Virus record (IMG/VR): IMGVR_UViG_2551306498_000001
Coordinates: 5,042-69,041 of that record
DNA: 64,000 nucleotides
Direction: 5' to 3' (one strand)
Source of the DNA: a virus
Lineage: Duplodnaviria; Caudoviricetes
Part shown: positions 19,128-27,880 of the stretch, one piece after another
Numbering within the stretch: position 1 is the first letter of the stretch
How the letters are laid out: each line of letters starts with the position of its first letter
The notes under the pieces: generated by a model
Databases searched by the model: none
Seen by the model: the letters and a program-made list of their open reading frames with translations, nothing else
What the model was told of the DNA's origin: nothing
Translations under genes and position numbers: made by a program

Positions 19128-19181
19128 GCCCTCTCCAGTGTGCCTAGTGCTCGTTACAGTACTAGGCACACTGGAGAGGGC
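19128..19181. repeat. Long GC-rich inverted repeat (21-bp perfect stem)
   Basis: GCCCTCTCCAGTGTGCCTAGT (19128-19148) / ACTAGGCACACTGGAGAGGGC (19161-19181); no U tract. Confidence 0.85.
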
Positions 19182-19444
19182 CCGACAAGAATCTTTTGAA
19201 ATCTTGAAGATGTGGCGTTGTGGATGTGGGGAAAGCGGGTAAGATCACCGTTAAAAATATATATCATAAGTAAACTGAAAAACAATTTGAAAACGACGCA
19301 AAAACGTGTTTTTTTGTAACTCATGAGTTTTATTTATGTATCTCTAGGTATATTGATCTGTATTAGGATTACGTTTATAGGAAAAATGTGCTATTATATT
19401 CTCGTAAATTGTCTTATTTACTATTTTTAAACCTTGGGGGAAAA

Positions 19445-20761
19445 ATGATGCAATTACTAACCGAAAGTTATGCGATTACTGGGGCATGGGTTGTTAACAC
19501 GTATAAGTCTATTCAAAGTTTCAATCTAAATGAAGCAGTCTTCGATCCATACGAATCAGTTATTATTTCTGCAAAGGTTAGTATGCTGTTGTCTCCTATG
19601 CGAAGATTGGGTAGAGTAAATGCTACTCAATTTGATATTTACAGGAAAATGGCAGGATTAAAACCTAGAGAATGCACTGATGTATTAAAAATTCTTGAAC
19701 AGATGGAAGCAGTACAAATAAGCTGGAGTGGTTCTGCTTTAGATGATGTTCCTCTGACTTCTATAACAGTGAGAAAAACCGATAAAGTGGACATCCTTTC
19801 AGTAACAGGAGAGCTATTCGAAAAGCTAAATCCTAGTGTCCAAGCTAAGTTGACCATTCATATGTTGCAAGAAACTTTAAAAATTCCGATACCAAAAGAT
19901 TTATTGATTGATTTGCTAACCCATAAAGGATATCCAGAGCAACTGATTAAAATAACGTTAAAACATATGCTTGTTTTAAATATTTTATCGGAGACAAAGG
20001 ATACAATCCAGGGCAACGCATTAATTTATAATCCTAATGCTTTTCAAGCAAACGCAAGTGATGTGTTTGTGACAATAAATGATTTGAATCCTAATGAAAA
20101 ACAAGAAGCACTTGATATTTTGGAGCATGTAAGATCTAATCCTGGTACTCCTCTACGCAGTGATTTCAATCAAAATACGGTGGGACTACTTATTAAGTGT
20201 GGATTAATTGATTCATCTCGTATTGTAACAAGTAGAGGGAAAATGAAGCAAGACTTTGTTACAGCGCCATATATTTGGGGAGCTTTAGGAGCAAACGAAT
20301 TAAGCAGTGATGTATTAGATGATGCTAAATTGTTCCTAAATTGTTTGAGGTTTGGCCAACTGTTTTCACAAACTGGTAGAGGGAGAATAAATGATCCTTC
20401 AGTTTTGATTAATGCTCTCCTTGAAAAAGGGACAGTTGGTCCTGCAACGGCAATCGGTGAGGACTACCCGATGCCTTTAGCACGAGGTATAGTTAGTGTA
20501 GTAGAATCTAGACTGCAGCCAGGTAGATACTTCATGGAATTAAAAAAAGAAGATGTTGTTCAAACAGTGTATGAGGTTCTTGATACAAAAGGCGTCTTAC
20601 CTACTCCAATTAATGATGCAGAAATTGCTACAAAATTGAAGCAGCAAGGAAATTTCATTTCATCGGAACAAGTTCGAATTACAAGTCCGCTGCCAGCCCA
20701 ATTGGAACAAGAACGAGATAGTCTTGTGTTTTGTTTACGTACACATCGTAAGGGGCGATAA
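19445..20761 (+). CDS. Uncharacterised ~438-aa cargo protein (gene 1 of a two-gene operon)
   Basis: Long AT-rich ORF; start at ATG 19445 after GGGGG; ends 1 bp before the next start. Confidence 0.8.
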   Translation: MMQLLTESYAITGAWVVNTYKSIQSFNLNEAVFDPYESVIISAKVSMLLSPMRRLGRVNATQFDIYRKMAGLKPRECTDVLKILEQMEAVQISWSGSALDDVPLTSITVRKTDKVDILSVTGELFEKLNPSVQAKLTIHMLQETLKIPIPKDLLIDLLTHKGYPEQLIKITLKHMLVLNILSETKDTIQGNALIYNPNAFQANASDVFVTINDLNPNEKQEALDILEHVRSNPGTPLRSDFNQNTVGLLIKCGLIDSSRIVTSRGKMKQDFVTAPYIWGALGANELSSDVLDDAKLFLNCLRFGQLFSQTGRGRINDPSVLINALLEKGTVGPATAIGEDYPMPLARGIVSVVESRLQPGRYFMELKKEDVVQTVYEVLDTKGVLPTPINDAEIATKLKQQGNFISSEQVRITSPLPAQLEQERDSLVFCLRTHRKGR

Positions 20762-20762
20762 C

Positions 20763-22511
20763 ATGAAAAAGGATTTTAAACCTAAAAGTCTTAGAAAAAA
20801 GCAAGATAAAATAAATGTGTCAGAAAATGATAATCAAAATAGTAAAAAAGCAACTAAAACAGTAAGTGTACTCCCTGTAAAGGAGAGCCATGTAGAGGAC
20901 ACACCTTTAGAGAAAGAGAGCCATGTAGAGGACACACCTTTAGAGAAAGAGAGTCATGTAGAGGACACACCTTTAGAGAAAGAGAGCCATGTAGAGGACA
21001 CACCTTTAGAGAAAGAGAGTCATGTAGAGGACACACCTTTAGAGAAAGAGAGCCATGTAGAGGACACACCTTTAGAGAAAGAGAGTCATGTAGAGGACAC
21101 ACCTTTAGAGAAAGAGAGTCATGTAGAGGACACACCTTTAGAGAAAGAGAGCCATGTAGAGGACACACCTTTAGAGAAAGAGAGTCATGTAGAGGACGCC
21201 TCTACAGGGAGGGAGAGCTCTGTAGAAGACAGTATTTTAGCGAATTCCCCCCCTTTTGAGGATGCTTCGACAAAAAGATCAACTCTTGAGAGTAACAGCG
21301 GTAAAAGATATGAAGCTGAGAAAGTGGAAACTAAGCAAGTGGGAGCTAAGTCTAGTGAAAGTTCTGTGACTATCGGTACAAGAATTCCACGAGTTCAGCT
21401 AGTAATTGGAGACCCACTGGAATACAGAGTTGCTAGAATGTTTATGATGCAAGGATATTTTGTTAGACGAGGAATCAATATCTACACTACAGGATACATT
21501 GATACTGCAACTGATGTAGATGTTCTAGCAATTAAATATTCGGATTCATTTGGTAGAGTTATGGCGATTTCTGAATGTAAGTCCGGTGAAAGTAAACCTC
21601 TAGATAGAATCTTCTGGTTATCTGGATTGAAGAATTATTTAAATGCCAACAGGGCCTTGTTAGTAAGAAAGCCAACACGTTGGAATATCAAAGACTTTGC
21701 GAAAGAGACAGGCGTTGAAGTTATTGACAATGATTATATAGATAAGCTAGAAGAAATCTTAGAAATAAACAAGGATAAATGGTTAGGTTATACAGATAGA
21801 GAATTTTTTGTTCAAAGAAAGAATGCATGGAATGAAATTTTAAGAAAAGATCCTCTACTTAGTGAACTGTTCCATACATTAAGTGGAGAAGCAAGATTTA
21901 ATGAGCCATTTGGTGCAATAAATTATTATGTACACCACATGAGATCATTAACAAAACTTTATCACCGTACAGGCTATGGTGATAAAAAATCATTGATTAA
22001 GTATTTACTAGCAGATGCATCGTCACAATTAATTATATTTTTTATGGAGATATGCAAATCAACGTTTGATTTGACATCTACCGATAGGAAGGGATTTGTT
22101 TCTAAAAAATTAACTCATGGTGAAATGGATCCAAGTCTAACTCAAAGAATATTCGATCATGCATACTACCTTTCAAAACAAGCTGCATCATATTATTCAG
22201 GGGAACCAGTAGAAATGGATCGGAGCATGTTTAGTATGCCTGAGCCTGATTATTCTGATGATTTGATCGCGTTTATAGAATATCTTATTTCTAGAATGTC
22301 TTTTGTGTCGCATCTACCTTACAGTTGTGATCTACTATTAGCAGAATCTTTTGTGAAGGATAATTATCATTTTAAGCTTAAGGACAATATTGACAGCACC
22401 TTGCTTGTTAGAACTTTACAGGGGTTAGACCAGTATATAAAAATGTTAGTGAAGTTAGACTGTTTGCCTATTCAAGTTCTGGATATTATAGGAAAGCAGT
22501 TAAATAAGTAA
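20763..22511 (+). CDS. Repeat-containing protein with PD-(D/E)xK (restriction-endonuclease-like) domain
   Basis: 'LEYRVARMF...TDVDVLAIK...ISECKSG' fits E...D...ExK; N-terminal 11-aa tandem repeats. Confidence 0.7.
   Translation: MKKDFKPKSLRKKQDKINVSENDNQNSKKATKTVSVLPVKESHVEDTPLEKESHVEDTPLEKESHVEDTPLEKESHVEDTPLEKESHVEDTPLEKESHVEDTPLEKESHVEDTPLEKESHVEDTPLEKESHVEDTPLEKESHVEDASTGRESSVEDSILANSPPFEDASTKRSTLESNSGKRYEAEKVETKQVGAKSSESSVTIGTRIPRVQLVIGDPLEYRVARMFMMQGYFVRRGINIYTTGYIDTATDVDVLAIKYSDSFGRVMAISECKSGESKPLDRIFWLSGLKNYLNANRALLVRKPTRWNIKDFAKETGVEVIDNDYIDKLEEILEINKDKWLGYTDREFFVQRKNAWNEILRKDPLLSELFHTLSGEARFNEPFGAINYYVHHMRSLTKLYHRTGYGDKKSLIKYLLADASSQLIIFFMEICKSTFDLTSTDRKGFVSKKLTHGEMDPSLTQRIFDHAYYLSKQAASYYSGEPVEMDRSMFSMPEPDYSDDLIAFIEYLISRMSFVSHLPYSCDLLLAESFVKDNYHFKLKDNIDSTLLVRTLQGLDQYIKMLVKLDCLPIQVLDIIGKQLNK
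20883..21197 (+). repeat. In-frame 33-bp tandem repeat (VNTR): 9 full units plus a partial
   Basis: GAGAG(C/T)CATGTAGAGGACACACCTTTAGAGAAA = ESHVEDTPLEK; the only variation is a synonymous C/T. Confidence 0.95.
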
Positions 22512-22698
22512 AACAAAAGAGAGACGTCACATTAAGGCGTCTTTTTTGTATCCAAAAGGAGGCTGCATCATATGGAAGATACATTCGTCTAGGGTAATTC
22601 TACAAAATAGATTCATCAAAGACTTATAAAACGAAGCATCCGCGGAGAGGAAACACATTCAAAATGTCGAAATATGAATATCTAAGGAGAGTGATTAT

Positions 22699-23088
22699 GT
22701 GAATCCAAATCAAGAGAAAGATCAATTAATCAATACACTATATCATTTCAAACGGATCATGCATTTTTCTTATTCTGATGCATGTGAGGCTTATAATACA
22801 TTGGAGAAGCATGATGAAACGACGATTTATATCGTTGCTCAAGGTTACTTGTCCATGTCTCAACAATGCCATATAGAGTTGTTAAGAATTTATCGGGAGA
22901 AGGAATTGGACCGAGGAGAAATAGAAAGTTATATTAAAGCTTATGAAAGTTATATCTTTGAGTTAAAACAAGTCATTACTGACAAGGATACAAACACATC
23001 TTGGTTAAGCAGCACGCATGACAGTTTAATTGAAGCATGGAAATCAACTGATGCGTTCATTCAACAGTGGATCAATAATACGATTTAG
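22699..23088 (+). CDS. Hypothetical helical cargo protein
   Basis: 129 aa; RBS AAGGAGAG; followed by terminator AGCACC..GGTGCTTTTT. Confidence 0.7.
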   Translation: MNPNQEKDQLINTLYHFKRIMHFSYSDACEAYNTLEKHDETTIYIVAQGYLSMSQQCHIELLRIYREKELDRGEIESYIKAYESYIFELKQVITDKDTNTSWLSSTHDSLIEAWKSTDAFIQQWINNTI

Positions 23089-23338
23089 TATCACTAGCAC
23101 CCATCGTGGTGCTTTTTCTTTTGCCTTCATATGACAGAATGTGAGCCGTTCTGAGCTCGTTTATATGAGAACGTTCGGTTTGCAAGGGATCAGTCGATTG
23201 AAGAGCGGAAGACAGCGTCTGAGCGAGCGTACGCATGCATATGATGGTCACTTAACATTGAAACCAACTCAACAAAAATAAGGTTCTTGACTTCATTCTT
23301 TTAATTGTATGATACTGGAAATATAATTTGGAAATGGG

Positions 23339-23740
23339 GTGATGGTGATGTCGAAAAAAGTACATGAAGAAACAAATCAAGATTTTATTTCTATGGTATC
23401 CAAACAATTTGAATACAATGATTCAGCATCTTATGAACTCTTACAAGCTTTAAGGGATTATGAAATACCGGGTGATCTAACTGCGTTCGAAATATCAGAA
23501 CATATCTATAATCTTAATTGGGATAATTATGATGTTATTTCCCTTTCTACTAAATCAGGGCTCATCGGAAAATACCATGGAGAAAGCAAAGAGAACCTTA
23601 GAAGTAGGAGTCATTTACCACCATATACAAGAAGCTATGGAATTAAAGCTGGAATTTACTTAGTATCCATTTTAGAAAAGAATGATGATGATTATCGTAG
23701 TATTGATTTAATTCGAGAGCATAGAGTAAATTCTCTGTGA
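23339..23740 (+). CDS. Hypothetical cargo protein
   Basis: 133-aa ORF downstream of a sigmaA-like promoter. Confidence 0.65.
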   Translation: MMVMSKKVHEETNQDFISMVSKQFEYNDSASYELLQALRDYEIPGDLTAFEISEHIYNLNWDNYDVISLSTKSGLIGKYHGESKENLRSRSHLPPYTRSYGIKAGIYLVSILEKNDDDYRSIDLIREHRVNSL

Positions 23741-23775
23741 CATGCCTTAAAACTATTAATCAAGGAGGAATTTCA

Positions 23776-24024
23776 ATGCCAAAGTTTGTAGTTGGAGATC
23801 AGATCCATTTTTACGAAGGGCCAATGAAAATCGCCGAGTTATCAGTTGAAGAGGTTGATAGCGAATCTTACAATTGGCTTTATCATCTGGAACCTGGTGA
23901 TGAAATCTTTGGAAAGATTCGTCCAAAGCGAACTGTGGCTTCTGTCACGAAAGTCAAAGATGGCCTATCGGAAGAAGAAAATAGGTATTCCGATGGTATT
24001 TACCATGTACATCTAAGAAAATAA
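23776..24024 (+). CDS. Hypothetical cargo protein
   Basis: ATG 23776 after AAGGAGG; terminator at 24034-24056. Confidence 0.65.
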   Translation: MPKFVVGDQIHFYEGPMKIAELSVEEVDSESYNWLYHLEPGDEIFGKIRPKRTVASVTKVKDGLSEEENRYSDGIYHVHLRK

Positions 24025-24138
24025 CTATTGCGTAAGCACCTTAGGGTGCTTTTTTTGTTGCCCCTTATATCAACTTGACCAACCTCACTTATTGTCTGAT
24101 ACTGGAAGATGTATTAGAAATAGATTGGGAGTGGTCGG

Positions 24139-24855
24139 ATGAAGAAGAAGTATATTGCAATAATTGCTATAGGGATTTTTCTAATATGGGCTGGTTCAGC
24201 AGCGGCGATTTATAGATGGGTAGGGGATGATGATCGCGGAACATTTGGGGATATGTTTGGGGCGGTCAACGCATTATTTTCGGGTTTCGCATTTGCCGGG
24301 TTGATTTACACCATTGCAGTGCAGCGACAAGAGTTGTCACTACAACGAGAAGCTACGGAGATGCAGACCGAAGAATTGAAGTTACAGCGAGAAGAAACGG
24401 CTCGATCTGCTGACCAATTGGAGGATCAGAAAAACTTACTGAATCTCCAAACAGCAATGGGAATTGTTAATGATCTCATCCAAACTAAAAATAGACGAGC
24501 TGAAGAAATTCAGTACTATTTAAACGGAGAATATTATACGGGATATAACGGAATTTTTAGGATGCTGACACATGATCAATATCTAGGAGGAGTGAAGCCT
24601 ACAGAGAACTCCTATTTCATACAAAGTTACCTTAATACATTCTTTTTTATATTAGATTTTATTGCAGGATATAAACTTCAAAATGATCAAAAGGACCTCT
24701 TGGATAATCTTTTAAACATGAATATGACAGACGATGAAGTTATGCTGATTTATATGGCAGTAGAACAAAACCAACAGAGATTAATAATGCTTAAGGTTCA
24801 TGGATTCTATCCGCGGCACCAGAAAATAACTGGGCAAACAGTGAAGCTATCCTAG
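24139..24855 (+). CDS. Membrane-anchored protein resembling putative abortive-infection (putAbiC-like) proteins
   Basis: Two TM segments with 'GTFGDMFGAVNALFSGFAFAGLIYTI', then a QR.EL coiled coil and a helical C-terminal domain. Confidence 0.55.
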   Translation: MKKKYIAIIAIGIFLIWAGSAAAIYRWVGDDDRGTFGDMFGAVNALFSGFAFAGLIYTIAVQRQELSLQREATEMQTEELKLQREETARSADQLEDQKNLLNLQTAMGIVNDLIQTKNRRAEEIQYYLNGEYYTGYNGIFRMLTHDQYLGGVKPTENSYFIQSYLNTFFFILDFIAGYKLQNDQKDLLDNLLNMNMTDDEVMLIYMAVEQNQQRLIMLKVHGFYPRHQKITGQTVKLS

Positions 24856-24901
24856 TAAAAGGATGGCTTTTTAATGGTATAAATTTATGGAGGTAATTGA
24901 T

Positions 24902-25057
24902 ATGAACATCAGAATCGTGCTAATCGATCAGATTAATGCAGCAGCATACAACCCCTTGGTTGACTTTCAGCCAGACGACCTCGAATATGAGAAGCTTCGC
25001 CGCAGCATAGAGGAACGAACGTACTGGGCATATGGCCGCGGTCATCAGCGATACAAG
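24902..25057 (+). pseudogene. Remnant of a ParB-like phage gene
   Basis: MNIRIVLIDQINAAAYNP.VDFQPDDLEYEKLRRSIEE, then frameshifted NERTGHMA/GHQRYK. Matches the ParB N-terminal pattern 'YNPR.D..P.D.EYEKL..SI..F...WN.RTG..VGGHQR'. Confidence 0.75.
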
Positions 25058-25238
25058 AAAATGGTCAATGACCAGCAAAGGTAAGATGCTCCTTGAAAGT
25101 AAGAAGGACATGAAGAAGCGCGGATTAAAATCACCAGACAGAGCTGACGCTTATGTTCTCACCTTCGGTGAATATTTGCTGGGGGTACCTCAGTCTATAA
25201 TACTTCCGACAATAAGTAGTGTAACCGTAAAAATATGA
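25052..25238 (+). pseudogene. Duplicated 3' end (187 bp) of terL
   Basis: Aligns without gaps to 18772-18958. Encodes TRKWSMTSKGKMLLESKKDMKKRGLKSPDRADAYVLTFGEY...; many differences are synonymous. Confidence 0.92.
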
Positions 25239-25571
25239 ACAGAGTGATTTTTTCTAGGTTAATATAAGATGATAAATGGGGAATTGACTTGGTAGTTTAC
25301 TTTTTAACAGACTAGCGATTAATCAACACCCGCAATAATAACTCCACCGAGCAAATTGATTTAAAATGTTGTGAGGAGGATGGGAACGAGAGGAACGGTA
25401 GTCTCACGATGAAGAAAATATTCTCTAATCAAACTGAAGTAATTAGCCAATCTGTTTGAGGAACTAGTCCAAAGCGCTCAGTAATACATATTAAAAAGAA
25501 TCCGTCAGTAATATTCCCAATGAAAGAATCTATACTTTTTTGTGAACATTTCCGATATATAAATTAAGGGA

Positions 25572-26282
25572 GTGATTACAATAAATAAGAAGTATACTGA
25601 ATATCCAAGTGCTTCAAAATACTTGAGTAAAGAATATGAGTTGAAAACGAAGTGGTATAAGCCAAAAAGTAAAATAAACTTAGAAAAAATAGAAACTCTT
25701 AAAGATAAATTAAAAGAAGATCTTTCATTAAGTGAATTAATGATTTTGAAAATTGATTTAGATACTGATCTAGAACAATCTAAAGGATTTGCTCCTGTGG
25801 TATCTACATTTGCAGTAGTAGTTACAATTATGAGCCTTGTTTTTAATAACTCTACCAACTCTAGTAACAGGCTGAATGACCAACTTAGCAATTTAACTGA
25901 AAAATTGAACAATATGCAGTTTGAGTCACTTCCACTCAAAGAAAAGATAGTTAAATTTTCTGATTATGCTCTTGAACAAATAGATAGTTTATCATTAATT
26001 TCAATGAAAACGACAATTAATTCCATTTCTATGGGAATGTTGGCTGTTTGCCTGATTATAATGGGGCTTTACTATTATGACTCGATCAAAACAGCTGCAC
26101 TATTAAGCTCCATTGTTTCTCAATCTTATGACGAAAAAGAAAAAGAGGAAGAGCAAGAAAAAGAACTCCATAAAATAGAGGAACTGAATAAAGAAAGATT
26201 TGAATTGAATCATGTAATTCTAAAAAAGGAGGAATTTGAACGAAAAAAAATAAGACTTCCTAATAATAAAGGAAAATATTGA
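25572..26282 (+). CDS. Membrane protein (2 TM plus charged coiled-coil tail)
   Basis: 236 aa; RBS AAGGGAG; hydrophobic segments near aa 72-92 and 150-172. Confidence 0.7.
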   Translation: MITINKKYTEYPSASKYLSKEYELKTKWYKPKSKINLEKIETLKDKLKEDLSLSELMILKIDLDTDLEQSKGFAPVVSTFAVVVTIMSLVFNNSTNSSNRLNDQLSNLTEKLNNMQFESLPLKEKIVKFSDYALEQIDSLSLISMKTTINSISMGMLAVCLIIMGLYYYDSIKTAALLSSIVSQSYDEKEKEEEQEKELHKIEELNKERFELNHVILKKEEFERKKIRLPNNKGKY

Positions 26283-26479
26283 TTGTCGATTATTTGGAGT
26301 AACGTTGAATGATGAGCCTTTACTAAAATTTAGAAATGATAGTTTTGTATTTTGAATATCAGGGCGAGAATGAAACATCTCTGAGGTGGACCTTTTCTCG
26401 CTTCTCTAATTGATTCAGTGAATTTAATAATGATTGTCGGAACGTGCTTAGGTTAATCTACTCATTTAAAGAAATGATA

Positions 26480-26960
26480 ATGGCAAGACGGAAAAGCAAG
26501 GATAAGCAGGAAGCAGAAGTGTTCCAAGGATTGACTGGAATGGGATGTTGGGAGTTATTGTATTAATGATCAGCATTCAACTTAAACGAGCTGAATGTCT
26601 TATGTGGTCCAGGATAGTAGAAATTGATAATATGGACGGAGTACGGTTTGAGCATCATCTTAATCATTTGTTTCGATCTTAGGGATACAAAGTAGAAGTT
26701 AAAAAGCATCCGGTTATTTTGGGGCGGATCTTATTATGTTAAAGAAGAACAACGAATTGTGCAGTAATAGCCAAGCGTTATAAAAATGTAGGTTTGAGAG
26801 TTGTGCAGGAAGTCCAAGGGGCTAAGGCACACTATAAGCTATGGTCATTACTAACAGTAGTTTAATTCAGTAGGATTATGTGCTTGCAAAATCAATCGGA
26901 GTCAGACTGATCAAGATCAACAGAAATAAACTTTGAAGATGATCTTGGCAATGAAATAGA
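26480..26960 (+). pseudogene. Degraded Mrr-like restriction endonuclease
   Basis: Fragments across frames: MARRKSKDKQE; EIDNMDGVRFEHHLNHLFRS*GYKVEV; FGADLIM; AKRYKNVGLRVVQEVQGAKAHY; MVITNSS; LAKSIGVRLI. Several stops and frameshifts. Confidence 0.75.
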
Positions 26961-27073
26961 GAGTAACTGGTATAAAAAACTTTGAAGCGTAAAGACGAGG
27001 GCATGATTGAGCGCAGCATTTTTTGCTGCAGACTGTACGGCCGCCGATCTTTAAATTTTTGAAGGAGGTACAC

Positions 27074-27322
27074 ATGGACGTTATAAACGATTCAATAGAA
27101 AAGTCATTTACAGACGTTTCGATGGCAATGATTGAAGCATTAGGAATTTATTTGGTTTTACCAATCATAGTAGCAGCTGTTTTAGTTAGGTTTGTTTTTA
27201 GATTGAGAGGCCCAGCTTTTAAACTTGTATATGGAATTATAGCATTTGGTTGCTTGTACCTCTTTGTTTATAAGGGCATTCCTCATTTTCAGATCGCGTA
27301 TGAAAGCAGATTATCTAAATAA
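27074..27322 (+). CDS. Small 2-TM membrane protein
   Basis: ATG 27074 after GAAGGAGG; followed by a terminator-like hairpin with a T run (~27333-27368). Confidence 0.7.
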   Translation: MDVINDSIEKSFTDVSMAMIEALGIYLVLPIIVAAVLVRFVFRLRGPAFKLVYGIIAFGCLYLFVYKGIPHFQIAYESRLSK

Positions 27323-27383
27323 TACATATCACAGCCAAAGTCGTTCCTTCACTGGATCGGCTTTTTTTATTTTAGGAATTGAA

Positions 27384-27520
27384 GTGATCAGCAGCAGAAG
27401 ACGGAAGAAGCATTGTGTTCGTCCCAAAAAGTAGCCAAAAAAGGAATGCAAAGGTTGTGCATGGGTAGATGGTATGTAGTAAAGCAGTTCTGTAGTAGGC
27501 CTGAATGCCCGAAGGAAGGA
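27384..27520 (+). pseudogene. Remnant paralogue of the small Cys-rich gene at 15793
   Basis: K*PKKECKGCAW ... KQFCSRPECPK compared with the intact KQPEQCRGCGW ... NQLCIMPRCWK. Confidence 0.55.
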
Positions 27521-27543
27521 ATTTCCTCTTGATTGTCGAATTA
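27515..27543 (+). promoter_or_regulatory. Sigma-H-like promoter
   Basis: GAAGGAATTT-N11-GTCGAAT fits the B. subtilis sigmaH consensus RNAGGAWWW-N11/12-RNNGAAT; lies upstream of the 27584 gene. Confidence 0.45.
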
Positions 27544-27583
27544 GCTTATTTAGATATTATTTTTTTATTTAGGAGGAATTATT

Positions 27584-27805
27584 ATGGAACTGCATTCAGA
27601 ACAAGTGAGATCCGGCATGATTAATGGCAAAATGTACTCAGGATTTTTTACACTTTTGCCTGATGGTCAATACATGGCAACTGTTGTTGGACATGAAACA
27701 AGCGAAAACGGATTTGGCGAGCACCACACTGAAATGTGCAACAGTAAAGAAGAAGCAGTTGCTACGATCAATGAGATTTGGGGGAAGATTGGGCGAGCTA
27801 ATTAA
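27584..27805 (+). CDS. Hypothetical cargo protein
   Basis: 73 aa; RBS AGGAGG. Confidence 0.7.
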   Translation: MELHSEQVRSGMINGKMYSGFFTLLPDGQYMATVVGHETSENGFGEHHTEMCNSKEEAVATINEIWGKIGRAN

Positions 27806-27880
27806 ATAAAATAATTCTTAAGTCGACCAAAATTTAAATATCAGAGAAAGACTATTTTAACAAGGAGTAGTGAAGGGATT

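Noticed and set aside
20854-21168. Minus-strand ORF with repeated KVCPLH
   Set aside because: It is just the antisense reading of the VNTR.
20883-21197. CRISPR array
   Set aside because: The 33-bp units are contiguous with no unique spacers, are in frame within a CDS, and no cas genes are present.
18772-25238. Diversity-generating retroelement TR/VR pair (terL tail duplication)
   Set aside because: Mismatches are not adenine-specific but mostly synonymous, and there is no reverse transcriptase in the window.
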